Source: a virus
Taxonomy: Duplodnaviria > Caudoviricetes
Virus record (IMG/VR): IMGVR_UViG_3300022891_000003
Span: 1-63,221 of that record
Reading direction: 5' to 3' (one strand)
Length of the DNA stretch: 63,221 nucleotides
The position numbers and the translations under genes are program-made. Below, one piece after another: positions 28,812 through 37,700 of this stretch (positions are counted from its first letter, which is position 1; each line of letters starts with the position of its first letter). A model generated the notes under the pieces. That model had not been told where the DNA came from. It was given only the letters and a program-made list of their open reading frames with translations, and did not search any database.

Positions 28812-29037
28812 CGTGGGATGGAGTTGGCGCCGTCGCACCCCTGACCCCCGCCCTTCCGCAGAGAAGCGGCTTGCCGAAGCTGAGGCCGCCCTGCGTGGGA
28901 CCGAACAAATCAAGGACCAGGCCACCAAACAGGTAAGCTTGTTTCAAGAGCTTCGCCGGGGGTGGGACAGGGTGCACCAAAAGAACAACCTGGCGGGACT
29001 TTTCACTGAGGAGTACCGGAGAACACATGGAAATTGA
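28804..29037 (+). CDS. Hypothetical protein, lysis module
   Basis: Coupled to neighbours. Confidence 0.55.
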   Translation: MTDVGWSWRRRTPDPRPSAEKRLAEAEAALRGTEQIKDQATKQVSLFQELRRGWDRVHQKNNLAGLFTEEYRRTHGN

Positions 29038-29365
29038 AGGAGGAGCTTGGCACGTATACGGGGACTACGCACTTTACGCGGCGGCAGCCTCCGCATTCGT
29101 GTTCGTGATGCTCTACATGGTCTTGTCTCCGTGGTGGCGCACGGCAGCAGGGCGCAACATCATGGCGGTCATGGGCGCACTCGGGGCCGGGCTCGTGTAC
29201 TTCGGATGGATAGTCCTCCGAGGTGGCGTACCGGCTGGCTTCTGGCCAGCGAGGGCACTCCTGTTCACCGCAATGTTCCTTGCTATCGGATGGCGGGTCG
29301 TTCTGTTCATCCGGGAGCATGTTCTGGCTAGGTGGAAGGAGCAAGAGAGTGAGCGAAATCGGTAA
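29027..29365 (+). CDS. Putative holin
   Basis: Three TMs, PWWRTAAGRNIM motif. Confidence 0.65.
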   Translation: MEIEGGAWHVYGDYALYAAAASAFVFVMLYMVLSPWWRTAAGRNIMAVMGALGAGLVYFGWIVLRGGVPAGFWPARALLFTAMFLAIGWRVVLFIREHVLARWKEQESERNR

Positions 29366-29729
29366 GACCATCGTCTCCTTCGTGTGGGCGGTCGTCAGCA
29401 TCATCATCCCCATGGTCAGCGGTGACCACCACATCGACTCTGTCGAGTCCGTTATGATCATCACTGCCGTAGGCAACAACGTCATCGTGTATCTAGTTCC
29501 CGCGTTCCCGCAGTTCAAGAGCGCCAAGACCGTTGTGACGGCAGTGCTCGCGGGTGCGGCCGTGCTCCAGCTCGCAGTGGCCAGCGGCGGCTTCGGCGGC
29601 ATGGACCTTAATGACTGGTACCAGGTCATCGCTGCCGCGCTGTTCACGCTTGGCGTGTGGTACGCACCGGCAACGAGCAGGGGCGCCGTGAACGGACCCG
29701 TGCGAGTCTCGGCCGGATTCAACAACTAG
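29349..29729 (+). CDS. Putative holin (four TM)
   Basis: Duplicated TM-pair units ending VYLVP / VWYAP. Confidence 0.6.
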   Translation: MSEIGKTIVSFVWAVVSIIIPMVSGDHHIDSVESVMIITAVGNNVIVYLVPAFPQFKSAKTVVTAVLAGAAVLQLAVASGGFGGMDLNDWYQVIAAALFTLGVWYAPATSRGAVNGPVRVSAGFNN

Positions 29730-29795
29730 CCTGGTAGGCTGGGTCAAGTCGGGAGCAACTTCTCCCTTCCGGCCGAGCACGCACACCCAGTAACC

Positions 29796-29830
29796 GAGGG
29801 GCCCCGTAGGAATTCCTGCGGGGTCTCTTG
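29796..29830 (+). terminator. Terminator ending the late operon
   Basis: GAGGGGCCCCGTAGG-AATT-CCTGCGGGGTCTCTT. Confidence 0.6.
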
Positions 29831-29849
29831 CGTGTCTGGAGATAGGTCC

Positions 29850-29878
29850 TTGCGCCTTCTCGATCGGGATGATAGAGT
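29850..29878 (+). promoter_or_regulatory. Sigma70/HrdB-like early promoter
   Basis: TTGCGC-N17-TAGAGT then TCTCA. Confidence 0.65.
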
Positions 29879-29904
29879 TCTCTCATAAGCAAACAGCAGG
29901 GCCT

Positions 29905-29920
29905 ACTACCCGGGAGGGTA
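29905..29920 (+). promoter_or_regulatory. GGGA-loop RBS hairpin
   Basis: AC-TACCC-GGGA-GGGTA before ATG 29924. Confidence 0.75.
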
Positions 29921-29923
29921 ATC

Positions 29924-30130
29924 ATGAACCAGGAACTCCGCGCCCAGCAGGTCGAAATCCTCCAGGAGCGCATCACCAACGGCCAGGCTCAGCTCCTCAA
30001 GGAGGTCGCCGCCGGTAACCGGGCGGTCGCCCACACCCTCGTGAACGACATCATCGACGCGCAGCGGGACCTGGAGGACATGGGCGCCAAGCCCTACGCC
30101 GGTACTCACGAAGCCAACTTCACCGCCTGA
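29924..30130 (+). CDS. Hypothetical early protein
   Basis: Behind promoter and RBS hairpin. Confidence 0.7.
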   Translation: MNQELRAQQVEILQERITNGQAQLLKEVAAGNRAVAHTLVNDIIDAQRDLEDMGAKPYAGTHEANFTA

Positions 30131-30195
30131 GCCCACGGTTGGGGCACGTCTCGCACGTGCCCTTTCCCGGTCGCTCAGACCATCAAGCATCGGCT

Positions 30196-30211
30196 ACTAG
30201 CTCGGGAGAGC
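30196..30211 (+). promoter_or_regulatory. GGGA-loop RBS hairpin (covariant stem)
   Basis: ACTA-GCTC-GGGA-GAGC before ATG 30215. Confidence 0.7.
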
Positions 30212-30214
30212 ACA

Positions 30215-30667
30215 ATGGAAAAGAAGATGACCCGCGCACAGATCCAGGTGCGCAACACCCGACGCGCGGCGCACGTAGCCTTCCTGGTCGGTGCTGCGGC
30301 CAGCCTGGCGGCCAACGTGTACGCCAGCCAGCACACCGTCGTGGGGTGGATCGTGGGCGCGTGGCCCGCGCTGGCGCTCCTCGCCGGTATCTACCTGTAC
30401 GAGAACGCACCCAAGGTGTGGTGGATGAAGGGCACGCTGGGTGTGCTGATCGCAGCGGCAGCCTGGGCCAGCTACTGGCACCTCGTGCACGTCATCGGCA
30501 GCACTGGGGCTGACAAGGTGACCACGTACGTGCTCCCGCTCACAGTGGACGCCATGATGGGCATCGCGCAGGCCGTGCTCAAGCACGTCACGTGGCCTCC
30601 CACCCGCCCCACCACCCGCAGGAAGGCTCCGGCAGCGAAGCCGGTGCGCAAGCTGAAAGCAGTCTGA
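30215..30667 (+). CDS. DUF2637-like membrane protein
   Basis: ASLAAN...AWP...AAWASYWH...LPLTVD. Confidence 0.65.
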   Translation: MEKKMTRAQIQVRNTRRAAHVAFLVGAAASLAANVYASQHTVVGWIVGAWPALALLAGIYLYENAPKVWWMKGTLGVLIAAAAWASYWHLVHVIGSTGADKVTTYVLPLTVDAMMGIAQAVLKHVTWPPTRPTTRRKAPAAKPVRKLKAV

Positions 30668-30686
30668 GAATTTCTCGCCGGGGTCC

Positions 30687-30716
30687 TTGTGACCCCGGTC
30701 TCTCGGATGATAGTGT
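30687..30716 (+). promoter_or_regulatory. Early promoter
   Basis: TTGTGA-N18-TAGTGT then TCTCA. Confidence 0.6.
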
Positions 30717-30753
30717 GGTCTCATCAGCAAGGGGAACACACAAGGGAGCAATC

Positions 30754-30963
30754 ATGCAGCAGGCAATGGCCACCCAGTCTAGGCTCATCTCGAAGGCCAA
30801 GGAGGCCCGTAGCAAGTACCACGTCGCTCGGGCCGCTCGCCGGGACTCCGGCGCCAACGTTGAGAACAATCGGGAAGCCAAGGCGCGTCGTGCCTACGAG
30901 GCGGCCGTTGACAAGCTCCGCGACTATGAAGCCGCCAACACTCTTGCCCCTGCGTACTTCTGA
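30754..30963 (+). CDS. Hypothetical protein
   Basis: GGGAG RBS, ATG 30754. Confidence 0.6.
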   Translation: MQQAMATQSRLISKAKEARSKYHVARAARRDSGANVENNREAKARRAYEAAVDKLRDYEAANTLAPAYF

Positions 30964-30995
30964 GCCCGGAGCGTGAGGACCGTCTAGCACGGTCC

Positions 30996-31024
30996 TTGCG
31001 CAGGTCCCTCAGGACTGCTAATGT
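30996..31024 (+). promoter_or_regulatory. Early promoter
   Basis: TTGCGC-N17-TAATGT. Confidence 0.5.
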
Positions 31025-31049
31025 GAACACATCACAGCAAGGAACACCA

Positions 31050-31064
31050 ACTACCCGGGAGGGT
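31050..31064 (+). promoter_or_regulatory. GGGA-loop RBS hairpin
   Basis: ACTACCC-GGGA-GGGT before ATG 31069. Confidence 0.75.
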
Positions 31065-31068
31065 CATC

Positions 31069-31473
31069 ATGCAGCTCGCCATCACCATCACCGACAACAC
31101 CGGCTCCGACCTGATCGAGGCTCTGGCCAGCGGTACCGCGCAGGTGCACAGCGTTCGGGAGAACGGCACCACCCGTCGGCGCCACTACCTGACCGGCAAG
31201 GACCTGGAGTACGCCCTGTGGGTGCGCCTCCAGCGCGAGGGCCAGACCGCCGATGAGGCGGAGGGCATCCCGGCGGTCACGCCGCGCAGCATGGCCAGCA
31301 TCGCCAAGGAGATGCACGTGAGCATCGCGGCCATCCGGCGTATGCTGGTGGACCTGGCCATCACCGAAGAGCTCGAGGAGCTCGAGGCTGACGAGCTGGA
31401 GGCCATGCTGATCGGCAGCGACGAACTCAACGAGCAGCCGCACGAGGATGTTCAGCTCACCGAGGTCAACTGA
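31069..31473 (+). CDS. HTH DNA-binding protein
   Basis: SMASIAKEMHVSIAAIRRML; acidic tail. Confidence 0.65.
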   Translation: MQLAITITDNTGSDLIEALASGTAQVHSVRENGTTRRRHYLTGKDLEYALWVRLQREGQTADEAEGIPAVTPRSMASIAKEMHVSIAAIRRMLVDLAITEELEELEADELEAMLIGSDELNEQPHEDVQLTEVN

Positions 31474-31505
31474 ACTACCGGGGCGGCTACAGCCGCCCCA
31501 AGCAA

Positions 31506-31593
31506 GCCCCTGTAGCTCGAATATGTACTGGGTAGAGCATCCGCCGACCACTGTGAGGCGGGCAGGTTGCCGGTTCGAGTCCGGCCAGGGGCA
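31506..31593 (+). ncRNA. tRNA-like RNA 1 (enlarged D loop, 11-nt anticodon loop)
   Basis: GCCCCTG/CAGGGGC acceptor, GCTC/GAGC D stem, GCCGG-TTCGAGT-CCGGC T arm. Confidence 0.75.
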
Positions 31594-31623
31594 CGCAAGT
31601 AAGAACCCAGTCAGGAGGACGCA

Positions 31624-31956
31624 ATGGGGAATGAAGAGCACCCGTTCAGCATGGGAAGCCCGCGTGACGCGCTGGTGAACCTGGTCGAGCGCGCACTGCG
31701 CGCGGAAGCCGGGGTTCGGGAGCAGCAGACCAACGGGAAGCCCACCGGCTACTACGCAGGACGCAAGGCCGGGTTCGTGGCCAGTGCGGCCACCTTGGCC
31801 AGTATGCTGTTCGGCACCGACTACGAAGCCGCCAAGGCCACCATCAGCAAGAGCGTGGCGGATGCGGGCAAGGGACTGCTCTCCAGCGACCTGCGGCGGC
31901 CCAGCTTCGCGGGCCAGCTCGCCACCGAGATCACCAACTCCGCCCTCAACCTGTAG
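31624..31956 (+). CDS. Hypothetical protein
   Basis: AGGAGG RBS. Confidence 0.65.
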   Translation: MGNEEHPFSMGSPRDALVNLVERALRAEAGVREQQTNGKPTGYYAGRKAGFVASAATLASMLFGTDYEAAKATISKSVADAGKGLLSSDLRRPSFAGQLATEITNSALNL

Positions 31957-32036
31957 CTCCGACGAACCCCACCGGCCGGAGTGCTTCCCTAGGCGCTCCG
32001 GCCTTCCCTTACCCTGTAGCCACTGGGAGGTAGCCC

Positions 32037-32207
32037 ATGCGTACCGCGCTGCAACTGTTCACGTTGGCCTGTCTGCTCATCACGCTGGTGTTCGGAATAG
32101 CCACGGCCTGCACCATCATGAGCTACGAACCGCTCCCGCAACCGACCACTCAAACGTACTGCGATAAGTACACCGACCAAGAGATATGTCCGGAGGACAG
32201 ACCATGA
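32037..32207 (+). CDS. Small membrane protein
   Basis: GGGAGG RBS, N-terminal TM, ATGA coupling. Confidence 0.45.
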   Translation: MRTALQLFTLACLLITLVFGIATACTIMSYEPLPQPTTQTYCDKYTDQEICPEDRP

Positions 32208-33091
32208 ACCCCACCCGCCCCTCCTTCCGCAGGCTTGCCGCTCTTATCGCGACGCTGGCGCTGCTGGCGACCCCGCTCGGGGGCAGCTCGGCACACGCCG
32301 CGCCTAGCCGCGCCAAGGCGCAATGCGGCCCGACCAAGGTGGCCAGCCACAAGACCGCTACAACCGTAGCCCCCGAGAACACCGTTGCGGGCATCAACGC
32401 CGTTCCTGCGCAGGGAGCGGGGGTGGTGGAGCTTGATGTCCAGTGGACCAGCAGCGGGTTCCCCGTCCTGATGCACGACGCTACTGTGAACCGCACCACC
32501 AACGGTACCGGCGAGCCGAGCACACTCAGCCTGAGCGCCATCACCGCGCTCAGCGCCGTCGATGATCCGGCTACCACCTGGAAGACCGACCCCAGGTACA
32601 AAGACGTGAAGGTACCGTACGGCTGGGACTTCATGAACGCCGCGCAGGCGAACAACCTGGACGTACTCGTTGACGTGCACGCGGAGCCCACCCAGCTCGG
32701 GATGGAAAAGCTGGTCAACTACATGGACCGATGGAGCTACCGAACCCGTACGACCATCATGAGCACCTCCGCGCGCATCCAGGCCATGAAGTCCTGGTAC
32801 CCCGGCCTCAACTACGCACTGATCGAGTATCCCCCGAACGGGCGGAGCTACACGCCGAGCTACCTCAAGAGCATCGGAGCCGGTGCGTACGTGATCCCCG
32901 TGCAGAGCCTGAGCCAGCTCGGCGGAGCGGACTTCGTGCAGTACATGCACGCGCAGGGTGTGAAGGTGTTCGTGTGGACGAGCGACAGCGCGGCCCTGGA
33001 CTCCATCTCCGGTTGGGCCAAGGTGTTCGACGTGCAGGCGGACATGCTCATCACGAACGACCCCGCCGGTGCGCTTGCGCAGTGCCTCTGA
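32204..33091 (+). CDS. Secreted glycerophosphodiester phosphodiesterase (GDPD family)
   Basis: Signal peptide (RR, AHA); SHK..PENT, VELDV, VLMHD, VFVWT, LITND. Confidence 0.8.
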   Translation: MNPTRPSFRRLAALIATLALLATPLGGSSAHAAPSRAKAQCGPTKVASHKTATTVAPENTVAGINAVPAQGAGVVELDVQWTSSGFPVLMHDATVNRTTNGTGEPSTLSLSAITALSAVDDPATTWKTDPRYKDVKVPYGWDFMNAAQANNLDVLVDVHAEPTQLGMEKLVNYMDRWSYRTRTTIMSTSARIQAMKSWYPGLNYALIEYPPNGRSYTPSYLKSIGAGAYVIPVQSLSQLGGADFVQYMHAQGVKVFVWTSDSAALDSISGWAKVFDVQADMLITNDPAGALAQCL

Positions 33092-33113
33092 ATCTCATAG
33101 GCTGACCCTACCA

Positions 33114-33127
33114 ACTACCCGGGAGGG
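33114..33127 (+). promoter_or_regulatory. GGGA-loop RBS hairpin
   Basis: ACTACCC-GGGA-GGG before ATG 33132. Confidence 0.7.
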
Positions 33128-33131
33128 CAAA

Positions 33132-33701
33132 ATGGCCAGCAAGATGTGCAGCGCTTGTGGTAAGCGTCGGGTCGCCACCGGCAAGTCCAGCGGCTATGAG
33201 GACAAGGCGTACTGCGCGCAGCAGGACCTCTGCTACCCCTGCGGGGACGAGGGCCAGATGTCCATCAACCACGATAACGGCCACGAGAGCTACCCCGAGG
33301 CGGAGTGCTGGGGATGCCACCCGGAACTCGACGAGAGCGCCAAAGACCCCAAGGCGGTGACCACCGGCCCCAAGGCGCAGGGTGCTCGCCGCCCGCAGCT
33401 CAACCACAAGGGGCACAGCCACCCGCAGACCCCGGCCGCGCGTCGGGAATGCAAGAAGCTGTTCTGGGCCAGCATGACCATAATGCCGAGCGACCTGGAG
33501 CTGGCGGAAGCTATGGGCTCCTGGGACGCCAAGCTCGACGGAAACGGTAAGCTCTGGGTGGCTGTTCCCGGTACGAAGGTGGAGGCCGCCACGGACGGCA
33601 GCGGCAAGACCCGTCCGGCCAAGTGGAACGTTGCTCCACTCGGCCCCAAAGGCGGCGTCGGGCACAGCCTGAAGGTTGCTGCGAACAAGGCTTCCAAGTA
33701 G
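33132..33701 (+). CDS. Cys/His-rich hypothetical protein
   Basis: CSAC, CYPC, CWGC, HSHPQTPAARREC. Confidence 0.65.
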   Translation: MASKMCSACGKRRVATGKSSGYEDKAYCAQQDLCYPCGDEGQMSINHDNGHESYPEAECWGCHPELDESAKDPKAVTTGPKAQGARRPQLNHKGHSHPQTPAARRECKKLFWASMTIMPSDLELAEAMGSWDAKLDGNGKLWVAVPGTKVEAATDGSGKTRPAKWNVAPLGPKGGVGHSLKVAANKASK

Positions 33702-33775
33702 CCCGCTACGCCCCGTGAGAGCCCATGCCCTGATAGGGTGTGGGCTCAAGCATTTCCCCAGCCAAGGAGGGCTTT

Positions 33776-34213
33776 ATGCGGTTCAAGTTCGTGCAGGCGT
33801 TCATCGCTCTGCTCGCTTCAATCGGCCTGTTCGCCGCCTCGCCGGTGTACCCGGTCCAGGCCGCTCCGATCGCGAACTGCGACGACGGTCGGCTGTGCCT
33901 CTACGACGGCACGAACTACGGGACCTACAACTGGACCCAGTACGACATCTCCTGGATCGCGACGTGGCCCAACGGCTGTCTCAACCTGCCGAGCGGCTAC
34001 AACAACAACATCAGCTCGTTCATCCTGAACCCGACTGAGAACCAGAAGAACACCACGATGTCGAGCTACTACGTGCGCATGCACATGAATGCGAACTGTG
34101 CCGGGTACCCGACGCCGATCGGCGAGATGACGGAGTGGACCGAGCCCAACCTCACCGTGACTGACTGGGGCAACGTCAGCAACGCCATCACCAGCATCTC
34201 CATCCGCAACTAG
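33776..34213 (+). CDS. Secreted peptidase-inhibitor I36 / beta-gamma-crystallin-like protein
   Basis: Signal peptide; C..G.LCLY...NY.G, NNNISS and NAITSI motifs. Confidence 0.7.
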   Translation: MRFKFVQAFIALLASIGLFAASPVYPVQAAPIANCDDGRLCLYDGTNYGTYNWTQYDISWIATWPNGCLNLPSGYNNNISSFILNPTENQKNTTMSSYYVRMHMNANCAGYPTPIGEMTEWTEPNLTVTDWGNVSNAITSISIRN

Positions 34214-34239
34214 CTCCACGCACGAATCGGGCCGGGGTC

Positions 34240-34269
34240 TTGCACCCCGGCTCGACTGCGTGATAGAGT
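34240..34269 (+). promoter_or_regulatory. Early promoter
   Basis: TTGCAC-N18-TAGAGT then TCTCA. Confidence 0.65.
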
Positions 34270-34292
34270 TATCTCAACAGCAAGGCACCACC

Positions 34293-34308
34293 ACTCAGCC
34301 GGGAGGCT
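34293..34308 (+). promoter_or_regulatory. GGGA-loop RBS hairpin (covariant stem)
   Basis: ACTC-AGCC-GGGA-GGCT before ATG 34312. Confidence 0.7.
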
Positions 34309-34311
34309 AGC

Positions 34312-34884
34312 ATGAGCACCAAGCACTTCGATCAGACTCTCGCTCTCAAGACCCTCGGTAGCATCATGAAGGAACACGGCATCACGCACGCCGAGCTGCA
34401 CGCGGTGTTCCCGGAGCGGCCGACCACCGAAGACCAGTGCACCGAGGTTGCCGCTTGGCTCAGCCGCAAGATCACGGAGCGCAAGGCTGGGAGCACCAAC
34501 CCTCCCGCCCCTCTTCCGCAGGCCAGGCCGAAGTTCGTCACGGCCGAGATGCTGCCGGAGGGCAACTACGCGGTGCCCGGCAAGGACGGCGGGAAGACCC
34601 GCTTCTACCGGGTGAGCCACAAGGAGGGCAAGGGCAAGTGGGCAGGCACCACGTTCGTCAACATCAAGGAGCGCGCTAGCGACGACCTGTACGACATGGC
34701 TAGCAAGAGCGCCGAGGCTGCTGCCAAGTGGGCCATCTTGGACTACGGGTACGAGCGGTCTCGCCTGCTGTTCTCCGAGAAGTACGACGCTTGCTGGCAC
34801 TGTTTCCGTGGCCTCACCGACGAGGACAATCTGTACAAGGTCTACGGGCTCGGTCCGGTGTGTGGCCCGAAGATCATGGGCTGA
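34312..34884 (+). CDS. DUF6011-like Zn-binding protein
   Basis: CWHCFRGLTD...GLGPVC. Confidence 0.7.
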   Translation: MSTKHFDQTLALKTLGSIMKEHGITHAELHAVFPERPTTEDQCTEVAAWLSRKITERKAGSTNPPAPLPQARPKFVTAEMLPEGNYAVPGKDGGKTRFYRVSHKEGKGKWAGTTFVNIKERASDDLYDMASKSAEAAAKWAILDYGYERSRLLFSEKYDACWHCFRGLTDEDNLYKVYGLGPVCGPKIMG

Positions 34885-34941
34885 TCTGGAGGCCCCGGGG
34901 CTACCCGGGGCACCCCGCCACTCTGTAGAGTGGTCTTACCT

Positions 34942-35018
34942 TCCCGCCTGGCGCAATTGGTCAGCGCGCTCCGGGGTGCAAACTCGGAGGGGTGTCAGTT
35001 CGACTCTGACGGCGGGAG
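34942..35018 (+). ncRNA. tRNA-like RNA 2 (7-bp anticodon stem, GCA centred)
   Basis: TCCCGCC/GGCGGGA, GCGC/GCGC D stem, CTCCGGG-GTGCAAA-CTCGGAG, GTCAG-TTCGACT-CTGAC. Confidence 0.75.
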
Positions 35019-35031
35019 CGCAAGCGCAACC

Positions 35032-35046
35032 ACTACCCGGGAGGGT
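35032..35046 (+). promoter_or_regulatory. GGGA-loop RBS hairpin
   Basis: ACTACCC-GGGA-GGGT before ATG 35052. Confidence 0.75.
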
Positions 35047-35051
35047 CAGCA

Positions 35052-36041
35052 ATGAACAGCAACCCCATGCTCGCCAAGATTCGCGCTCTGCTCGACAAGG
35101 CAGAGTCGACCACCTTCCCCGAAGAGGCGGAGGCGTGCCGGACCAAGGCTGAGCAGCTCATGGCCAAGTACCGTATCGAAGAGGAACAGCTCATCGCGAG
35201 CGACCCCACGGCGCTCTCGCCGGTATGGGGAGATACTCCGCTAGTGAAGCGGAGCAGCTTCTACAGGATGAACTACTGGTCGATGTTCTGGGCAATTGCG
35301 GAACACGCCGGTATCCGGGTAAACCCCGAGTGGCTGATCCAGGATGGGGAACTTCACCTGGTGGCGCACACTGTCGGCTACGAAGCCGATCTGCGGTACG
35401 CGGAGGCTCTGTTCACAAGCGCGCGTATGGTGTTCACCGAGAAGCTGGAGCCGCAGATCAACCGCAGCATGACCGAAGAGGAGAACATCTTCCGGCTGCG
35501 TGCGGCGGGTATCGAGCGAGTCCGTATCGCAGACATGGTTTGGGGCATGGGCTCCCGGCACGACAAGCGGCTGCTCAGCAAGGTCGGTCGGGTGTACGCG
35601 GCGGAGTGCAAGCGACGCGGCGAGACCCCTGCGGTGGCGGGGAGGGGAGTGACCGGTGCCGCCTACCGCGAGCAGTACGCCGAGCAGTTCGTGGTCACGC
35701 TGAGGGTTCGACTGCGCAGGGCTCGCCAGGCGGCTAGCACTGGCGTAGTGCTCCACGGTCGCCAGGAGCGCGTCAACGAGGCGTTCTACACACGCTTCCC
35801 CCACCTGCGGCCCCGCCCGATTAGCGGCGAGCTGGAAAGCGACCGGGCGCCCGTTAAGAAGTGTGAGAAGTGCGCCAAGAGCAAGCGCGGTGCCTGCACG
35901 GAGCACTACATCCCCGTGGGCCGGTCTTCCGGTGGCCGGGACTACTACAGCGCGGCAGCGGTGCGCGGCCGGGAAGCTGGCGCGGCAGCGGCTCGTAACG
36001 TGGACCTTGGTCCTGGCGGTCGCGGAAAGCTCGAGGGCTGA
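35052..36041 (+). CDS. DUF2786-domain protein
   Basis: KIRALLDKAEST...EEAEAC..KA..LMAKY. Confidence 0.8.
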   Translation: MNSNPMLAKIRALLDKAESTTFPEEAEACRTKAEQLMAKYRIEEEQLIASDPTALSPVWGDTPLVKRSSFYRMNYWSMFWAIAEHAGIRVNPEWLIQDGELHLVAHTVGYEADLRYAEALFTSARMVFTEKLEPQINRSMTEEENIFRLRAAGIERVRIADMVWGMGSRHDKRLLSKVGRVYAAECKRRGETPAVAGRGVTGAAYREQYAEQFVVTLRVRLRRARQAASTGVVLHGRQERVNEAFYTRFPHLRPRPISGELESDRAPVKKCEKCAKSKRGACTEHYIPVGRSSGGRDYYSAAAVRGREAGAAAARNVDLGPGGRGKLEG

Positions 36042-36043
36042 CC

Positions 36044-36244
36044 ATGTGCCAGACGGTGGCGGAGGTGCGGGCACACGTGCTCGCCCTCCTAGACCGGGGC
36101 TACAGCCCCGAAGAGTGCGAAACCATGCTCGAGGCAGCCATCCTTACCGGCGGCTGTATTCTTCGGGCTACGGCCCTTTCAGACCCGACCAACGTACTGA
36201 TGCAGGAGGTGACCGAAGATGGCGCAGCCCCGAGGCCCAGTTGA
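36044..36244 (+). CDS. Hypothetical protein
   Basis: GAGGG RBS. Confidence 0.5.
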   Translation: MCQTVAEVRAHVLALLDRGYSPEECETMLEAAILTGGCILRATALSDPTNVLMQEVTEDGAAPRPS

Positions 36245-36434
36245 CATTCTGGGTGTTACCACCCGGACCAATAGCAGCGCTGACCGATACTGTGCTAGCG
36301 AGGCGTGCCCGGTGCCTCTCATCGAGGTGGGCAAGACGTACGAGCGGGTGGCCCGCGACGAGCACACGTTCGAGAGTTACCACCCCGCGTGCTTCGGGGA
36401 AGAGTTCGGGGAGCGGAGGCTTTACGGTGACTAA
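36219..36434 (+). CDS. Small Zn-finger-like protein
   Basis: C....C...YHPACF; GGAGG RBS. Confidence 0.55.
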   Translation: MAQPRGPVDILGVTTRTNSSADRYCASEACPVPLIEVGKTYERVARDEHTFESYHPACFGEEFGERRLYGD

Positions 36435-36568
36435 GTGCCCGGTCAAGTGGAATCCGGTAACGTGGCCGTACGTCACCTCGTGCTCTTTGGAGCGGGGCCA
36501 TGTCGGCAGGCATCAAGACAAGGCGGGCAACGAGTTGCTTAACATCCCCGGCCAAGAGGAGGCCGAAG

Positions 36569-37192
36569 GTGACTAACTGGCTGGCAGACCCGGTCGCGTG
36601 TGCGATACGGCTCAAGAAGGAAAGCGGGTGCACGATCTTGGCAGGAAGGAACGAGGTCATGAGCCGGACCACTCTGGTGAACCGGGAAGAGAAGCCGAAG
36701 GGGGCGATGTACCGCTGGGGCCACCTGTTCGTTCGGGTGGACGGCAAACCCGGCGAGGTGCGGCAGTTCGTCCCTGGCACTAGCGACGGGAGCGGCAACG
36801 AGGCGGGTCATATGCGCCTGAGCGCCGAACACGCCAACGTGATGAGCGACTTGCTTCGCGCGGCGTACGTGAACGCAGGCGGCAGCAACTGCGGCGGCAA
36901 GACGCTGTACGAGATGATCTGGGACGAGATGATGGTCGTAACGGACCGGCTAATGTCGGACGTGGAGGCCGACCAGGAAAGCGACCCGGACGACGTGGGC
37001 GCGGCGCGCAGTCTGGCGTGGGTCATCGCCGTGATGCAGAACCCGTACCTGCCGAACGTGGACGCCGTGCGTGAGCAGGTCATGGAGCGTTGGGATGCCA
37101 TGGACCACGAGCCCGCCCCGGGGCAGCTCACGGAGAAGGAGAACAGGTTGCGAGAGCGTCGCATGTCGAGGAGGGCTCGTCGCCGTGGGTAG
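36569..37192 (+). CDS. Hypothetical protein (start 36569 or 36659)
   Basis: Good codon usage, operon context. Confidence 0.6.
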   Translation: MTNWLADPVACAIRLKKESGCTILAGRNEVMSRTTLVNREEKPKGAMYRWGHLFVRVDGKPGEVRQFVPGTSDGSGNEAGHMRLSAEHANVMSDLLRAAYVNAGGSNCGGKTLYEMIWDEMMVVTDRLMSDVEADQESDPDDVGAARSLAWVIAVMQNPYLPNVDAVREQVMERWDAMDHEPAPGQLTEKENRLRERRMSRRARRRG

Positions 37193-37349
37193 CCTGTTCG
37201 AGTGGGAAGAGCCCAATCCGGACTGCAAGGAGTGCCAGGAAGAAGGGCTCGTGCCTGCGCGCAACCCGGGGGACATGCACGAGCCTAAGCCGTACACCGG
37301 CGAGCTCGATTGGGACCGTGACCCGGTCTTGCACCCGTTCGTCGACTGA
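37185..37349 (+). CDS. Hypothetical protein
   Basis: GGAGG RBS; CxxC. Confidence 0.45.
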   Translation: MGSLFEWEEPNPDCKECQEEGLVPARNPGDMHEPKPYTGELDWDRDPVLHPFVD

Positions 37350-37357
37350 CGTAGAGT
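37329..37357 (+). promoter_or_regulatory. Early promoter
   Basis: TTGCAC-N17-TAGAGT. Confidence 0.6.
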
Positions 37358-37370
37358 GACCGTAGCAACT

Positions 37371-37385
37371 ACTACCCGGGAGGGT
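37371..37385 (+). promoter_or_regulatory. GGGA-loop RBS hairpin
   Basis: ACTACCC-GGGA-GGGT before ATG 37389. Confidence 0.75.
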
Positions 37386-37388
37386 TAC

Positions 37389-37700
37389 ATGAGCATCTTG
37401 GGAGAGCGAGACGGCCTTGCCGTAGAGATCAGCGAACTGATCAATGCGATAGCCGATGACCATGAACTTATCGAGGAGTATCAGGAAGGCGACCCGCCGA
37501 GCTTCACCATCACCGACGTTCACGAGCCGAAGAAGACGGACAACATTCTGTTCGTAACCACTAGCTCCGGGAACCGTTTTCGCATTGCGGTGGAAGTGGC
37601 AGAAGCGGAGACGTACGTGCCGCCAAAGCGCCCCGGCAAGACAGATAAGCAGAGAGCCTTCGAAGATCGCACTGACTTCCCTGGTTGGGAGAACCTGTGA
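37389..37700 (+). CDS. Hypothetical protein
   Basis: Start defined by the RBS hairpin. Confidence 0.65.
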   Translation: MSILGERDGLAVEISELINAIADDHELIEEYQEGDPPSFTITDVHEPKKTDNILFVTTSSGNRFRIAVEVAEAETYVPPKRPGKTDKQRAFEDRTDFPGWENL

